In this document: positions 47,283 to 55,325 of the stretch, piece after piece | Layout of the letters: each line of letters opens with the position of its first letter | How positions within the stretch are numbered: the stretch's first letter is position 1 | Assembly (NCBI GenBank): GCA_944386175.1 | Contig: CALXAB010000001.1 | Coordinates: 47,645-111,644 of the forward strand | Length of the DNA stretch: 64,000 bases | Reading direction: 5' to 3' | Origin: an uncultured Clostridia bacterium | GTDB taxonomy: Bacteria; Bacillota; Clostridia; TANB77; CAG-508 | Translations under genes and position numbers: made by a program | Notes under the pieces: generated by a model | Told to the model about the DNA's origin: nothing | Seen by the model: the letters and a program-made list of their open reading frames with translations, nothing else | Database searches by the model: none

Positions 47283-47922
47283 TTATTTTTTAAACATATC
47301 ATTTAAATTATGTGATATTAATTTTAAATTATCTATATTTTCCCCTTCAATAACATAAGGCGTACAATGTTGTATTTGCAATTCAAATACTCTTTCTCTT
47401 GGTTCAATCTTAAACATATTTAAAAATAAGCACCTTATTGCATGATAATGTGAGAATATTCCTATTGTTATATCATCATTAAAATCTAACGAATCAAGAA
47501 ATCTTTTACATCTTATACTAACATCAGTATAGTTTTCTCCTTTTGGTGCTTTTTGTACGAAATCTGTTCTAAATTTATTAAATTTTTCATCTGTAATATA
47601 TTCATTATATTCATTAGAAGCTAATAAATCCTTCTTTTCCTTCAAATATTCCTAAACATCTTTCTCTTAAATCTTTACTTAAATTTAGTTCATATCCTGG
47701 TTTAGCTAATTTTGCTGTTTGTATTGCTCTCATTAAATCTGAAGAATAAACTTTTTTAATACTTTTAATAATATCATTTTTTGCTAAAATACTTGCTTGA
47801 TTCTTTCCTTATTCTGTTAAACTCGTCAATTCATTATCTAAAGTTCCTGTGTATAAAGCTGTTCCTTCATCATTTATCACGTTTGCCATTGTTTGTCCAT
47901 GTCTAATTATAACTATTCTCAT
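47283..47922 (-). pseudogene. histidine phosphatase (phosphoglycerate-mutase-like) gene with a nonsense codon and a frameshift
   Basis: MRIVIIRHGQT starts at 47922. In-frame TAA at 47809-47811. The C-terminal part (GENYTDVSIRCKRFL...FSHYHAIRCL) is in another frame (ORF 47283-47645). Confidence 0.75.
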
Positions 47923-48506
47923 TAATTGTTACCTTCCTTTTTATTCTTTATTGTTTCAATATATTCTTTAACATATGCGTTCATATCTCTATCAAATAGT
48001 TCTTTTGAATATTCTAATCTTAATAGTTCTTCTCTTAAGATTGGCAAATATACTTCTATAATTTCATCTAACGCCTCTGGTTCTTCTTCAATACATCTTT
48101 TCCATCTATTTTTTCCGATATAAGCAATTTTGTCTGCATCTCTTACAATTTTTCCTTCAACTGTTGGAGGAATACATTTTCTCTTATGATTTACTACTGC
48201 TGAATAACATTGTTCTATTATTTCATTACTATAACTTAACTTTTCCATTTCTTCTTTTAGAATTCTTCCGCTTTCTTCTTCATGTCCTTTATCTGTAACA
48301 GACCTTCCAACATCATGCCAATATGCAGCTATAATACATATTTCTTTATTAGCTGGTATCTCTTCTAATAATTCTTTTACATAGTTTACGACATCAATAG
48401 TATGACCTATAAAATGTAGAGGATCATTTTCACATACTTTCATTTTTTCTATAGCTATATCAATTAATTTTTTATTTTTATTATATATTTCTTCGTAAAT
48501 ATCCAT
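47922..48506 (-). CDS. HD-domain phosphohydrolase
   Basis: FIGHTIDVVNYV and AAYWHDVGR (H...HD motif). Confidence 0.7.
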   Translation of the reverse strand: MDIYEEIYNKNKKLIDIAIEKMKVCENDPLHFIGHTIDVVNYVKELLEEIPANKEICIIAAYWHDVGRSVTDKGHEEESGRILKEEMEKLSYSNEIIEQCYSAVVNHKRKCIPPTVEGKIVRDADKIAYIGKNRWKRCIEEEPEALDEIIEVYLPILREELLRLEYSKELFDRDMNAYVKEYIETIKNKKEGNN

Positions 48507-48680
48507 TCTATCTAAATTCTCCCTATCTCTATTCTTTTATATTTTGACCATATTTTACCATAAAACAATAAAAAAATAAAGCATATAACAAATTAAATTA
48601 TTACATACTTTACCTTTCAAGTTTTATCTCCAAACATTTTTATTTTTCGTTGACAAATCGTTGACATTATCAACAAGAAA

Positions 48681-50573
48681 TTATACTACTCCGCACACCA
48701 TGTCAACTTCTATCGTTACTTTAATTTTATGATTTTCTGTTCTTTTAACCTTATTTTTGCCTTTTCTATCAAAACTAATAAAATCTTCAAAAGCAGTAAA
48801 TTGGGCTATTGTATCGAATCTTTCAGACATAGCACCGAGCAACACTCCACATGGCTCACACCCAGTCTGTAGATAGTTTTGGCTTACCTCGTATGATGAC
48901 TGTTGCAAACTACCTTGATTTTTATCTTTTTGACATTTGATTTCGTTTCCAGATTTTAGGATAAATGTTATTACTCTTGGATTTACATCTCCATTTTGTT
49001 CTTTTTCTCCTATTATAACTTTTTCTATCATTAATTCAAAAACATCTTTATCAAATGTTGGCATTATTTCATCATCTTTAAATAGACTTTTAAACTTGTT
49101 TAATCCTTGATTTAAACTAATTGAATCTTCTAACTCTAGTTGTAAATGTTCTTGCTCTTTTTCTATTTTGTTTATCTTGTTTTGTAATTTTGCCTTTTTA
49201 TCTTTTAATGTTTCAAGTGTTATTGTTCCATTCAAGTTTAAATCAATTAACTTGTCTATCTTTTCTTTTAAAGTTTGTTTTTCTTCTTCTAATTTTTTAA
49301 TAGAACTTTCATTACTTTCTTCTTGTATGATTTCTTCCATTTGTTTTAAGAATGTTTTGATTAGTTTTTTGTTATTATTACATAAAAGTTTATAACTTTC
49401 TGTAAATGCTTCTTCTATAATGTTTTCTTTCATTGCTTTACAATATGGGCAATTTTCTTTTCCATGTTTTACAAATTCCATACAATGCCATACCGTAATA
49501 CTATTTTTTGTTCCAGAGTGCCAGTTTCTTCTTGTTAATAAACTTCCACAAAAACCACAATATATTCTACTACTAAAAGGATATTTTCTGCTAAAGTTTC
49601 CTTTTCTTCTTCCAGAGCCTCGTACTCCTCCTCGCTTTTGTAATATTTCTTGTGCTTGATTAAACATTCTTTCTGAAATAATTGGTTCATGATGTTCTTG
49701 TATGTAATACTGATTTTCTTCTCCCATATTGACTACTCTTCTATGTGAGATTGGATCTGTTGTATATGTTTTTCCTTGTAAGACATCTCCTTTGTATTTT
49801 TCGTTTTTCAAAATACCTCTTATAGTTGAGTCATGCCATTGTTTCTTTCCTGTTGGTGTTTTATATTTCATAGCAGTTAGTTCTTTTGCAATTGTTGTGC
49901 AACCTACTCCTTGACAGTATCTTTCAAAGATATATCTTACTATTTCTGCTTCTTGATAATTTACTGATATTTTCTTTGTTTCTTTATCATATACATATCC
50001 TAAACATCCATTATATCCAATTAATTCTCCTCTTTTTTGTTTCATCTGTAATCCTAGTTTTACATGAGAAGATATATTTTCGCTCTCCTGCTGTGCCATT
50101 GCACTCATTACTGTTAGCATTACTTCGCCAGATAATTCTAAAGTATTGATGTTTTCTTCTTCAAAATAAATAGTGATTCCTTTTTCCTTTAATAATCTTA
50201 CATACTTTAAAGTATCTACTGTATTTCTTCCAAATCTTGATATTGATTTTGTAATTATCATGTCAAATTTGTTTTCTGTTGCATCTTGCATCATTCTCAT
50301 AAAGTTATCTCTTTTATAGTCAAGTGTTCCTGTTATCCCTTCATCTGCATAAATCCCTACATAAGTCCAATCACTTCTTGATTTTATTTTTTCTTCATAA
50401 TATTTTAGCTGAGAATTATAACTATTTATTTGTTCTTCTTTTTCTGTACTAACTCTTGCATAGGCACATACTCTTAAATTGCCTTTTATAACTTCTCCTG
50501 TTGTTCTATTAATTCTTCCTTTTTTCTTCTCTATTACTTGTACTTTCAAAATTAACCTCTCTTTCTCAAGCAT
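48681..50573 (-). CDS. large serine recombinase, unit C, with an in-frame C-terminal CxxC tail
   Basis: VCAYARVSTEKEEQ, SISRFGRNTVD, CGFCGSLLTRRNW...CPYCK and a coiled coil. About 90 extra C-terminal residues are homologous to ORF 40822-41004. Confidence 0.9.
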   Translation of the reverse strand: MLEKERLILKVQVIEKKKGRINRTTGEVIKGNLRVCAYARVSTEKEEQINSYNSQLKYYEEKIKSRSDWTYVGIYADEGITGTLDYKRDNFMRMMQDATENKFDMIITKSISRFGRNTVDTLKYVRLLKEKGITIYFEEENINTLELSGEVMLTVMSAMAQQESENISSHVKLGLQMKQKRGELIGYNGCLGYVYDKETKKISVNYQEAEIVRYIFERYCQGVGCTTIAKELTAMKYKTPTGKKQWHDSTIRGILKNEKYKGDVLQGKTYTTDPISHRRVVNMGEENQYYIQEHHEPIISERMFNQAQEILQKRGGVRGSGRRKGNFSRKYPFSSRIYCGFCGSLLTRRNWHSGTKNSITVWHCMEFVKHGKENCPYCKAMKENIIEEAFTESYKLLCNNNKKLIKTFLKQMEEIIQEESNESSIKKLEEEKQTLKEKIDKLIDLNLNGTITLETLKDKKAKLQNKINKIEKEQEHLQLELEDSISLNQGLNKFKSLFKDDEIMPTFDKDVFELMIEKVIIGEKEQNGDVNPRVITFILKSGNEIKCQKDKNQGSLQQSSYEVSQNYLQTGCEPCGVLLGAMSERFDTIAQFTAFEDFISFDRKGKNKVKRTENHKIKVTIEVDMVCGVV

Positions 50574-50616
50574 AGAGAATCTTTATGTTTGTATTATATA
50601 TTAAAATCTTATATTT

Positions 50617-50802
50617 TTAAATACCTATATGAGTTAAATCATATTCTTTTAAAATATTTTGTTTTAGTTCTAAATATCTTTCCTCTTTAATTAGTCCTGC
50701 ATTATATGTTTTATTTAGAATTGCTATTTTAATGCTACAATTAAAAATATTTTCATTTAGTTTTACATTTTTCGTATTATCAAATTTTACTTCGTACAAC
50801 AT
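50617..50802 (-). CDS. 61-aa conserved small ORF preceding the LSR (copy C)
   Basis: AGGGAGAA RBS. Same protein as copy A apart from a few substitutions. The 105-aa form in the ORF track would run through the leader hairpin and promoter. Confidence 0.6.
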   Translation of the reverse strand: MLYEVKFDNTKNVKLNENIFNCSIKIAILNKTYNAGLIKEERYLELKQNILKEYDLTHIGI

Positions 50803-50905
50803 AAAAATTCTCCCTTGCTTAAATAAAATTTCAAAAAAGAGCAATAGAAAAAGCCAGTCGGCTAGCTTCGACTGACTTCTTTGTCTGACATTTTTTGATA
50901 ATACG

Positions 50906-50934
50906 ATTATATTATGATGTTCTATAAAGTTCAA
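50906..50934 (-). promoter_or_regulatory. consensus sigma-A promoter of unit C
   Basis: TTGAAC (50934-50929), 17-nt spacer, TATAAT (50911-50906). A leader hairpin AGTCAGTCG..CGACTGGCT at 50852-50878 plus TTTTT follows. Confidence 0.6.
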
Positions 50935-50939
50935 TTCCC

Positions 50940-51355
50940 GTTTTTTTCCCTTTTTTCTATTTTAATTGATAAAGTGTTGATTTTTTAGTTAGTACACTAA
51001 GTGAACTTGTGTAAAAATTTTTTTAATTATTTTTTACTTTATTATTTTTGAGTTCACTCGGTGTACTTAGTTTTTTATTATATCAATTTTTAGTACACTT
51101 AGTGAACTAATTATAAATTATTTCATAAAATTTAGTACACTTGGTGAACTTTTTCTTAAAAATTACTTATCTTTCGTTCATTTAGTGAACTTTCACACTC
51201 TAAAAGAGATTTTTTAGTCATTCATTCGGTGAATTTTTGCATCAAATTTGCTTAAAATTTTTGTTCTTTTATTAACTCTTGAAAGCTTGACCTTCAATGT
51301 GTATATGCGTTGCGTGATGCACGCTATCCTGCCTTTAGTGTTCACTTTATATCCT
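50940..51355 (-). repeat. R module, copy C
   Basis: Dyads at 50991-51007, 51051-51067, 51092-51108, 51134-51150, 51176-51190 and 51220-51234. Core and hairpin at 51272-51333. Abuts the stop codon of the 617-aa gene. Confidence 0.85.
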
Positions 51356-53209
51356 TTAATTAGTATTAGATTCTGATGTAGTTTTATTTACAACACCCAA
51401 GTTCTTAATACTATCTTGTAAACTTTCATCTGGAATAAAGTTTCTACAATTTTCTAATTTATAAAATTCCCCTAATTTATCTATATCTTTATATAAGAAA
51501 TAAAAATAGTTTTTTAATGCATTTTCTGTTGTTTCTAATCTAGGTCTTAATGAGTATGCTCTTTTCTTCTTATAGAAATAGTTTTCATTAAATAATTTAT
51601 ATAAATTATTTAGTTCATCACTATCTAATGTTATTTTGTGAAATCTCGTTTCTTTGAAAATATAATTTATTTTATCAATGTCTATATTTAAATCATCAAC
51701 ATATTCTCTAATGTTATTCTTGCTTATTATAGTTATTATAGATAATGTAATACTCATAATTATATAATCCATAAATTCTTTTGATAAATTCATTGTCCTA
51801 AATATTTTTATTGATCTAATATCATTGTTTTCAATCATTTTTAAAAACATTATAATGATTGGTTCACCCTTTATAAGATATGGTATAAATATTTCTTCTT
51901 CATGTATATTTTTTCTTTGCAGAAAATCATTAATACTTCTATCTGGAAATTTTTCCCTATGTTCCATTAATCTAATATTATCGTATAATTCTTCTAGTAC
52001 TCTGTACTTTTCATTTTTAGTTAAATTCTTATTTTCAATAACACATGTATATACAGATTCTAAATATCTATTACTAGTAAACATATATATAGAATCATAT
52101 TTATATAATCTACAATAGCTAAAATCTATAACATTTTCATATAGAAAAATTAAATACATATCTAATTTAATAATTCTCCATACAAGATTTATATATTCTT
52201 TTTCTTGACTTTCAGTTTGAATATATTTTATTTTATCTATTAAATTTGCAATATTTTGCATTTTATAATCATCATGAACAGGCACAAATTCATAATAAGC
52301 AAACATTGTATAAAGTTTACAATATATATTTGCAGCCTCTATATGTTTATTATATAAAATCAAATGCGAAACTATTTCATGTATAGCACTAATCAAATCA
52401 CTTCTAAAAATCATTTCTGTATAATATTCTTGAAGAATTTTTTTGTTATTAAATAAAGTTAAATCTATAAGATTCATTATGTTGTGAATATTATAATTAT
52501 AATCATTATCATTTTTTTGTATTAATACTAATGTTTGATTCTTTAAGTCTGTGATATCTTTGCACCCATGGCTATTTAGAGGAATCGCCTTTTTTATATG
52601 CTTCTTTTGTTTCTCTAAATACATACATAGTAAACTGTTTCCAAACCAATTTTTATGAGTGTAAAACCAAATCATTTTAATACACATATAAAATATAACT
52701 ACAAGAGAAAGCAAAAAATTTATTAATATTAGTATTTGACTACTGCCTTTTAGGCATTGTATAATATTTACAAATAATAGGAGAACTAAAATTATAAAAA
52801 TTTTTAGCAATGATAAAAAACTATTGTTAGGGAAAATAACATTAATATGTTTTTTTCCCAATATATAACTTTCAGACAACCCAGATAATAAAGATATTAC
52901 TGAAATTATTATCAATGTATTACTAATTTGAGCTACTAATATATCATTTGAATCAATGTTAAATTCTTTATTCAAGTCTAATATATTTTCAATTTTGTAA
53001 TCATTAATAGCATAAAAAATTACAAACATACTAAATATAACTATACTAAACATAAAAATAATCATTAAAAAATTCATAATTTTTTGTTTAACTACAAAAT
53101 ATTTTTTATTATCATATATTTTATACCATTTTAAAAATTCTTTTATTTTATAATTTTTATTTAAAATAAATCTTCTTATTTTTTTTAATTTACCATTAGA
53201 ATCTTCCAT
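51356..53209 (-). CDS. 617-aa membrane protein of unknown function, downstream of AbiEii
   Basis: About five N-terminal TM helices, then a ~400-aa soluble region with no motif I recognise. Lies 56 nt after abiEii. Confidence 0.55.
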   Translation of the reverse strand: MEDSNGKLKKIRRFILNKNYKIKEFLKWYKIYDNKKYFVVKQKIMNFLMIIFMFSIVIFSMFVIFYAINDYKIENILDLNKEFNIDSNDILVAQISNTLIIISVISLLSGLSESYILGKKHINVIFPNNSFLSLLKIFIILVLLLFVNIIQCLKGSSQILILINFLLSLVVIFYMCIKMIWFYTHKNWFGNSLLCMYLEKQKKHIKKAIPLNSHGCKDITDLKNQTLVLIQKNDNDYNYNIHNIMNLIDLTLFNNKKILQEYYTEMIFRSDLISAIHEIVSHLILYNKHIEAANIYCKLYTMFAYYEFVPVHDDYKMQNIANLIDKIKYIQTESQEKEYINLVWRIIKLDMYLIFLYENVIDFSYCRLYKYDSIYMFTSNRYLESVYTCVIENKNLTKNEKYRVLEELYDNIRLMEHREKFPDRSINDFLQRKNIHEEEIFIPYLIKGEPIIIMFLKMIENNDIRSIKIFRTMNLSKEFMDYIIMSITLSIITIISKNNIREYVDDLNIDIDKINYIFKETRFHKITLDSDELNNLYKLFNENYFYKKKRAYSLRPRLETTENALKNYFYFLYKDIDKLGEFYKLENCRNFIPDESLQDSIKNLGVVNKTTSESNTN

Positions 53210-53265
53210 ATTTTGCTCCCATTTTCATATATTCATTTAATTATTCTATGTATGTAGTTATTAGA

Positions 53266-54111
53266 TTATTTTTTTAATTCATTCTTTATTTCTTCTAATA
53301 CTCCCATCGTATCTTCATAATTAATATCTTCTGCATAACTAAATTTAGATTGATAATTCTTCCAATGCTCTTTCAGAACATCACTTTCTTTTATAACTTC
53401 CATTATCTCATTTATATTATTTAATTTATCCATTGAACCTCTATATTCAAATTTCTTCAATATAGCTTGTCCTAATAATTCTTTATTAAAATTTTGTTGT
53501 TGAGTAGTCCATAATATATAAATATCATAAAAATCTCTCGCTCTTGTAGTATCTATATTTCTTGATATAATTGTTTCAAATTTATCAGCTATTACTGTTT
53601 CCATATTATATGCTAATATTTCTATTGAACGATTTTCAAACATTAAATCGAACTTATAATTTACTTCTTTTGGAACAATTACATCTCCTGTTGTTATATC
53701 TAATTTCATTGGTACAACTAACTTATCAAATTTAGCATCTAAAGCTACTCTGTATCCTCCATATTCATCTTCTTGTCTTATTTCTTTTATACTTCTAAAT
53801 TCAAATGCTACTCCATCATCTAAATCTATATTAAAAATTTCATTTAAGATATTTTCAAGATTATCCTTTTCTAAATCAAATCCTTTTATCGTTGCATCCA
53901 TATCAAGAGTATTTCTCATGTCTATTCCAACTATTGCTGTTATTAACATTCCTCCTTTTAATACAAATTTATATTTGTATTTTGATACCGAAATTCTTTC
54001 CAATAGTCTTTCTAGCATATAGTTTTGTAAAATAATGTTTTCATTCACATCTACTTTATCTGACATATTCTTTATCCATGCTTTTAATTGTGCTCTATTT
54101 TTTGCTATCAC
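53266..54111 (-). CDS. AbiEii/AbiGii-family nucleotidyltransferase toxin (third locus, intact)
   Basis: FVLKGGMLITAIVGIDMRNTLDMDATIKG nucleotidyltransferase core. 281 aa. Overlaps the abiEi stop by 4 nt. Confidence 0.8.
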   Translation of the reverse strand: MIAKNRAQLKAWIKNMSDKVDVNENIILQNYMLERLLERISVSKYKYKFVLKGGMLITAIVGIDMRNTLDMDATIKGFDLEKDNLENILNEIFNIDLDDGVAFEFRSIKEIRQEDEYGGYRVALDAKFDKLVVPMKLDITTGDVIVPKEVNYKFDLMFENRSIEILAYNMETVIADKFETIISRNIDTTRARDFYDIYILWTTQQQNFNKELLGQAILKKFEYRGSMDKLNNINEIMEVIKESDVLKEHWKNYQSKFSYAEDINYEDTMGVLEEIKNELKK

Positions 54112-54701
54112 AATAACACCTCCAAGTATTTTCTTACTTCATCTTCAATATTAAATAATTTTGCATATTTGTGTAGTTTAATAGAGTTTCTATCTTTTCT
54201 TTCAGCATATCTTTTCATCGCATCTGTAAATAAGGCAATTTCTATTTTTTTCTTATTTCTGATAATGTCACATATTGTTCTCTCTAAATCATAAACTTTA
54301 ACTTTGTTTCCATATGGTGTATTCATTTCTATTATTCCTAATTCATATAATTCATCTTTTAAATAGAAAAATTGATAGTTTCTATCTTTTAGTAATTTAG
54401 TATTATAGTAACTAGGTATAGTCAATTGATATTTTATGGGAGTTCTATCACATAAATCATGAAAATACAAAGCTGTCTCATGAGAGAATATCCCTTTTTT
54501 ACAAATTGCTTGTGTGATAAAATAATTATCTTCAAATGTATCTGCTCCAATATATACTCCTCTTGCTACTCTATCTATCAATCCCTTTTCTATCATCCTT
54601 GTTAAAATCTTATTATTTATCCCAATATCTTCTACTTGATATGTTTCAATCACTCCATTATTATTTTTTAATAATTTTTCTACTTTTTCTATATCATCCA
54701 T
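54108..54701 (-). CDS. AbiEi-family antitoxin (third locus)
   Basis: NNGVIETYQVEDIGINNKILTRMIEKGLIDRVARGVY wHTH region. Paralog of 13551-14141. Confidence 0.75.
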   Translation of the reverse strand: MDDIEKVEKLLKNNNGVIETYQVEDIGINNKILTRMIEKGLIDRVARGVYIGADTFEDNYFITQAICKKGIFSHETALYFHDLCDRTPIKYQLTIPSYYNTKLLKDRNYQFFYLKDELYELGIIEMNTPYGNKVKVYDLERTICDIIRNKKKIEIALFTDAMKRYAERKDRNSIKLHKYAKLFNIEDEVRKYLEVLL

Positions 54702-54716
54702 AAATTTTCTCCTTTG

Positions 54717-54761
54717 CCGTTTTCATTCGTAAATATTATATCATTTACGAATAAAAACGGC
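54717..54761. promoter_or_regulatory. inverted repeat upstream of abiEi-3 (candidate operator)
   Basis: GCCGTTTTCATTCGTAAAT - 7 nt - ATTTACGAATAAAAACGGC, 16 nt upstream of the start codon. Confidence 0.5.
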
Positions 54762-54810
54762 AACAATATTTAAAAAATTAATAGCACAAAATTAAAATTT
54801 GTGCTAAAAT

Positions 54811-55296
54811 CTAACTTTCAAAGTAAAATGCTAACCTTGAATTATTTCTAATATATTTCTCCTCAAAATTATTATTTGTAAAATTTTTTATAGTCTTTCT
54901 CCAAAATTTTTGAGCTCTTTCATTTTTTAATAATGTTCTAACTTCCCATTTTCCTTTATATAACTCAAACATTTTATTTGCCATATATGTACCTGCTCCC
55001 ATTTTTCTATACTTGTTAAGAATAAAAAATTCAGCTATTTCGTTCATATTTTCTTCATTAAATCTATGTAAAACAAAACCTGCTAATTCATTATCACATT
55101 TTAATATATATGGATGTCTATTTTCTTCTTGCCAGTATCTTTCAACATATTTATTCATTACATATAATCCAGAATCTAGCATTGTAAATGTTGCTGTCTC
55201 ATCTTCAAAAAAGCTAAGCTCATATGTATATAATTGCATTAAATTATATATTATATTTTTGTCTTTTTCATCAACTTTTATTAAATCAAATCTCAT
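54811..55296 (-). CDS. GNAT family N-acetyltransferase
   Basis: FFILNKYRKMGAGTYMANKMF (motif A). Confidence 0.7.
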   Translation of the reverse strand: MRFDLIKVDEKDKNIIYNLMQLYTYELSFFEDETATFTMLDSGLYVMNKYVERYWQEENRHPYILKCDNELAGFVLHRFNEENMNEIAEFFILNKYRKMGAGTYMANKMFELYKGKWEVRTLLKNERAQKFWRKTIKNFTNNNFEEKYIRNNSRLAFYFES

Positions 55297-55325
55297 TTTC
55301 TTCTCCTTATTTAAATAATAAAAAA

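Noticed and set aside
50803-50934. Long 105-aa form of the small ORF in unit C
   Set aside because: The extra 44 codons cover the promoter and the leader hairpin, and they are absent from copy A, which has a stop in that frame. The RBS sits before the internal MLYEVKF start.
51290-51340. tRNA or tRNA-like attachment site at the distal end of R
   Set aside because: The hairpins do not form a cloverleaf. There is no T-loop (GTTCRANYC) or acceptor/CCA arrangement.
50940-51355. The R repeat arrays as CRISPR arrays
   Set aside because: The repeats are 15-17-bp dyads with variable sequence. The spacers are 15-45 bp and are conserved between copies. No cas genes are present, and the whole module itself is repeated as a unit.
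50940-51355. R as a plasmid-type replication origin (iterons plus an A/T-rich tract)
   Set aside because: The layout is superficially ori-like, but no Rep or initiator gene is present in any unit and the repeats are dyads rather than direct iterons. I keep it only as a minor alternative in the findings.
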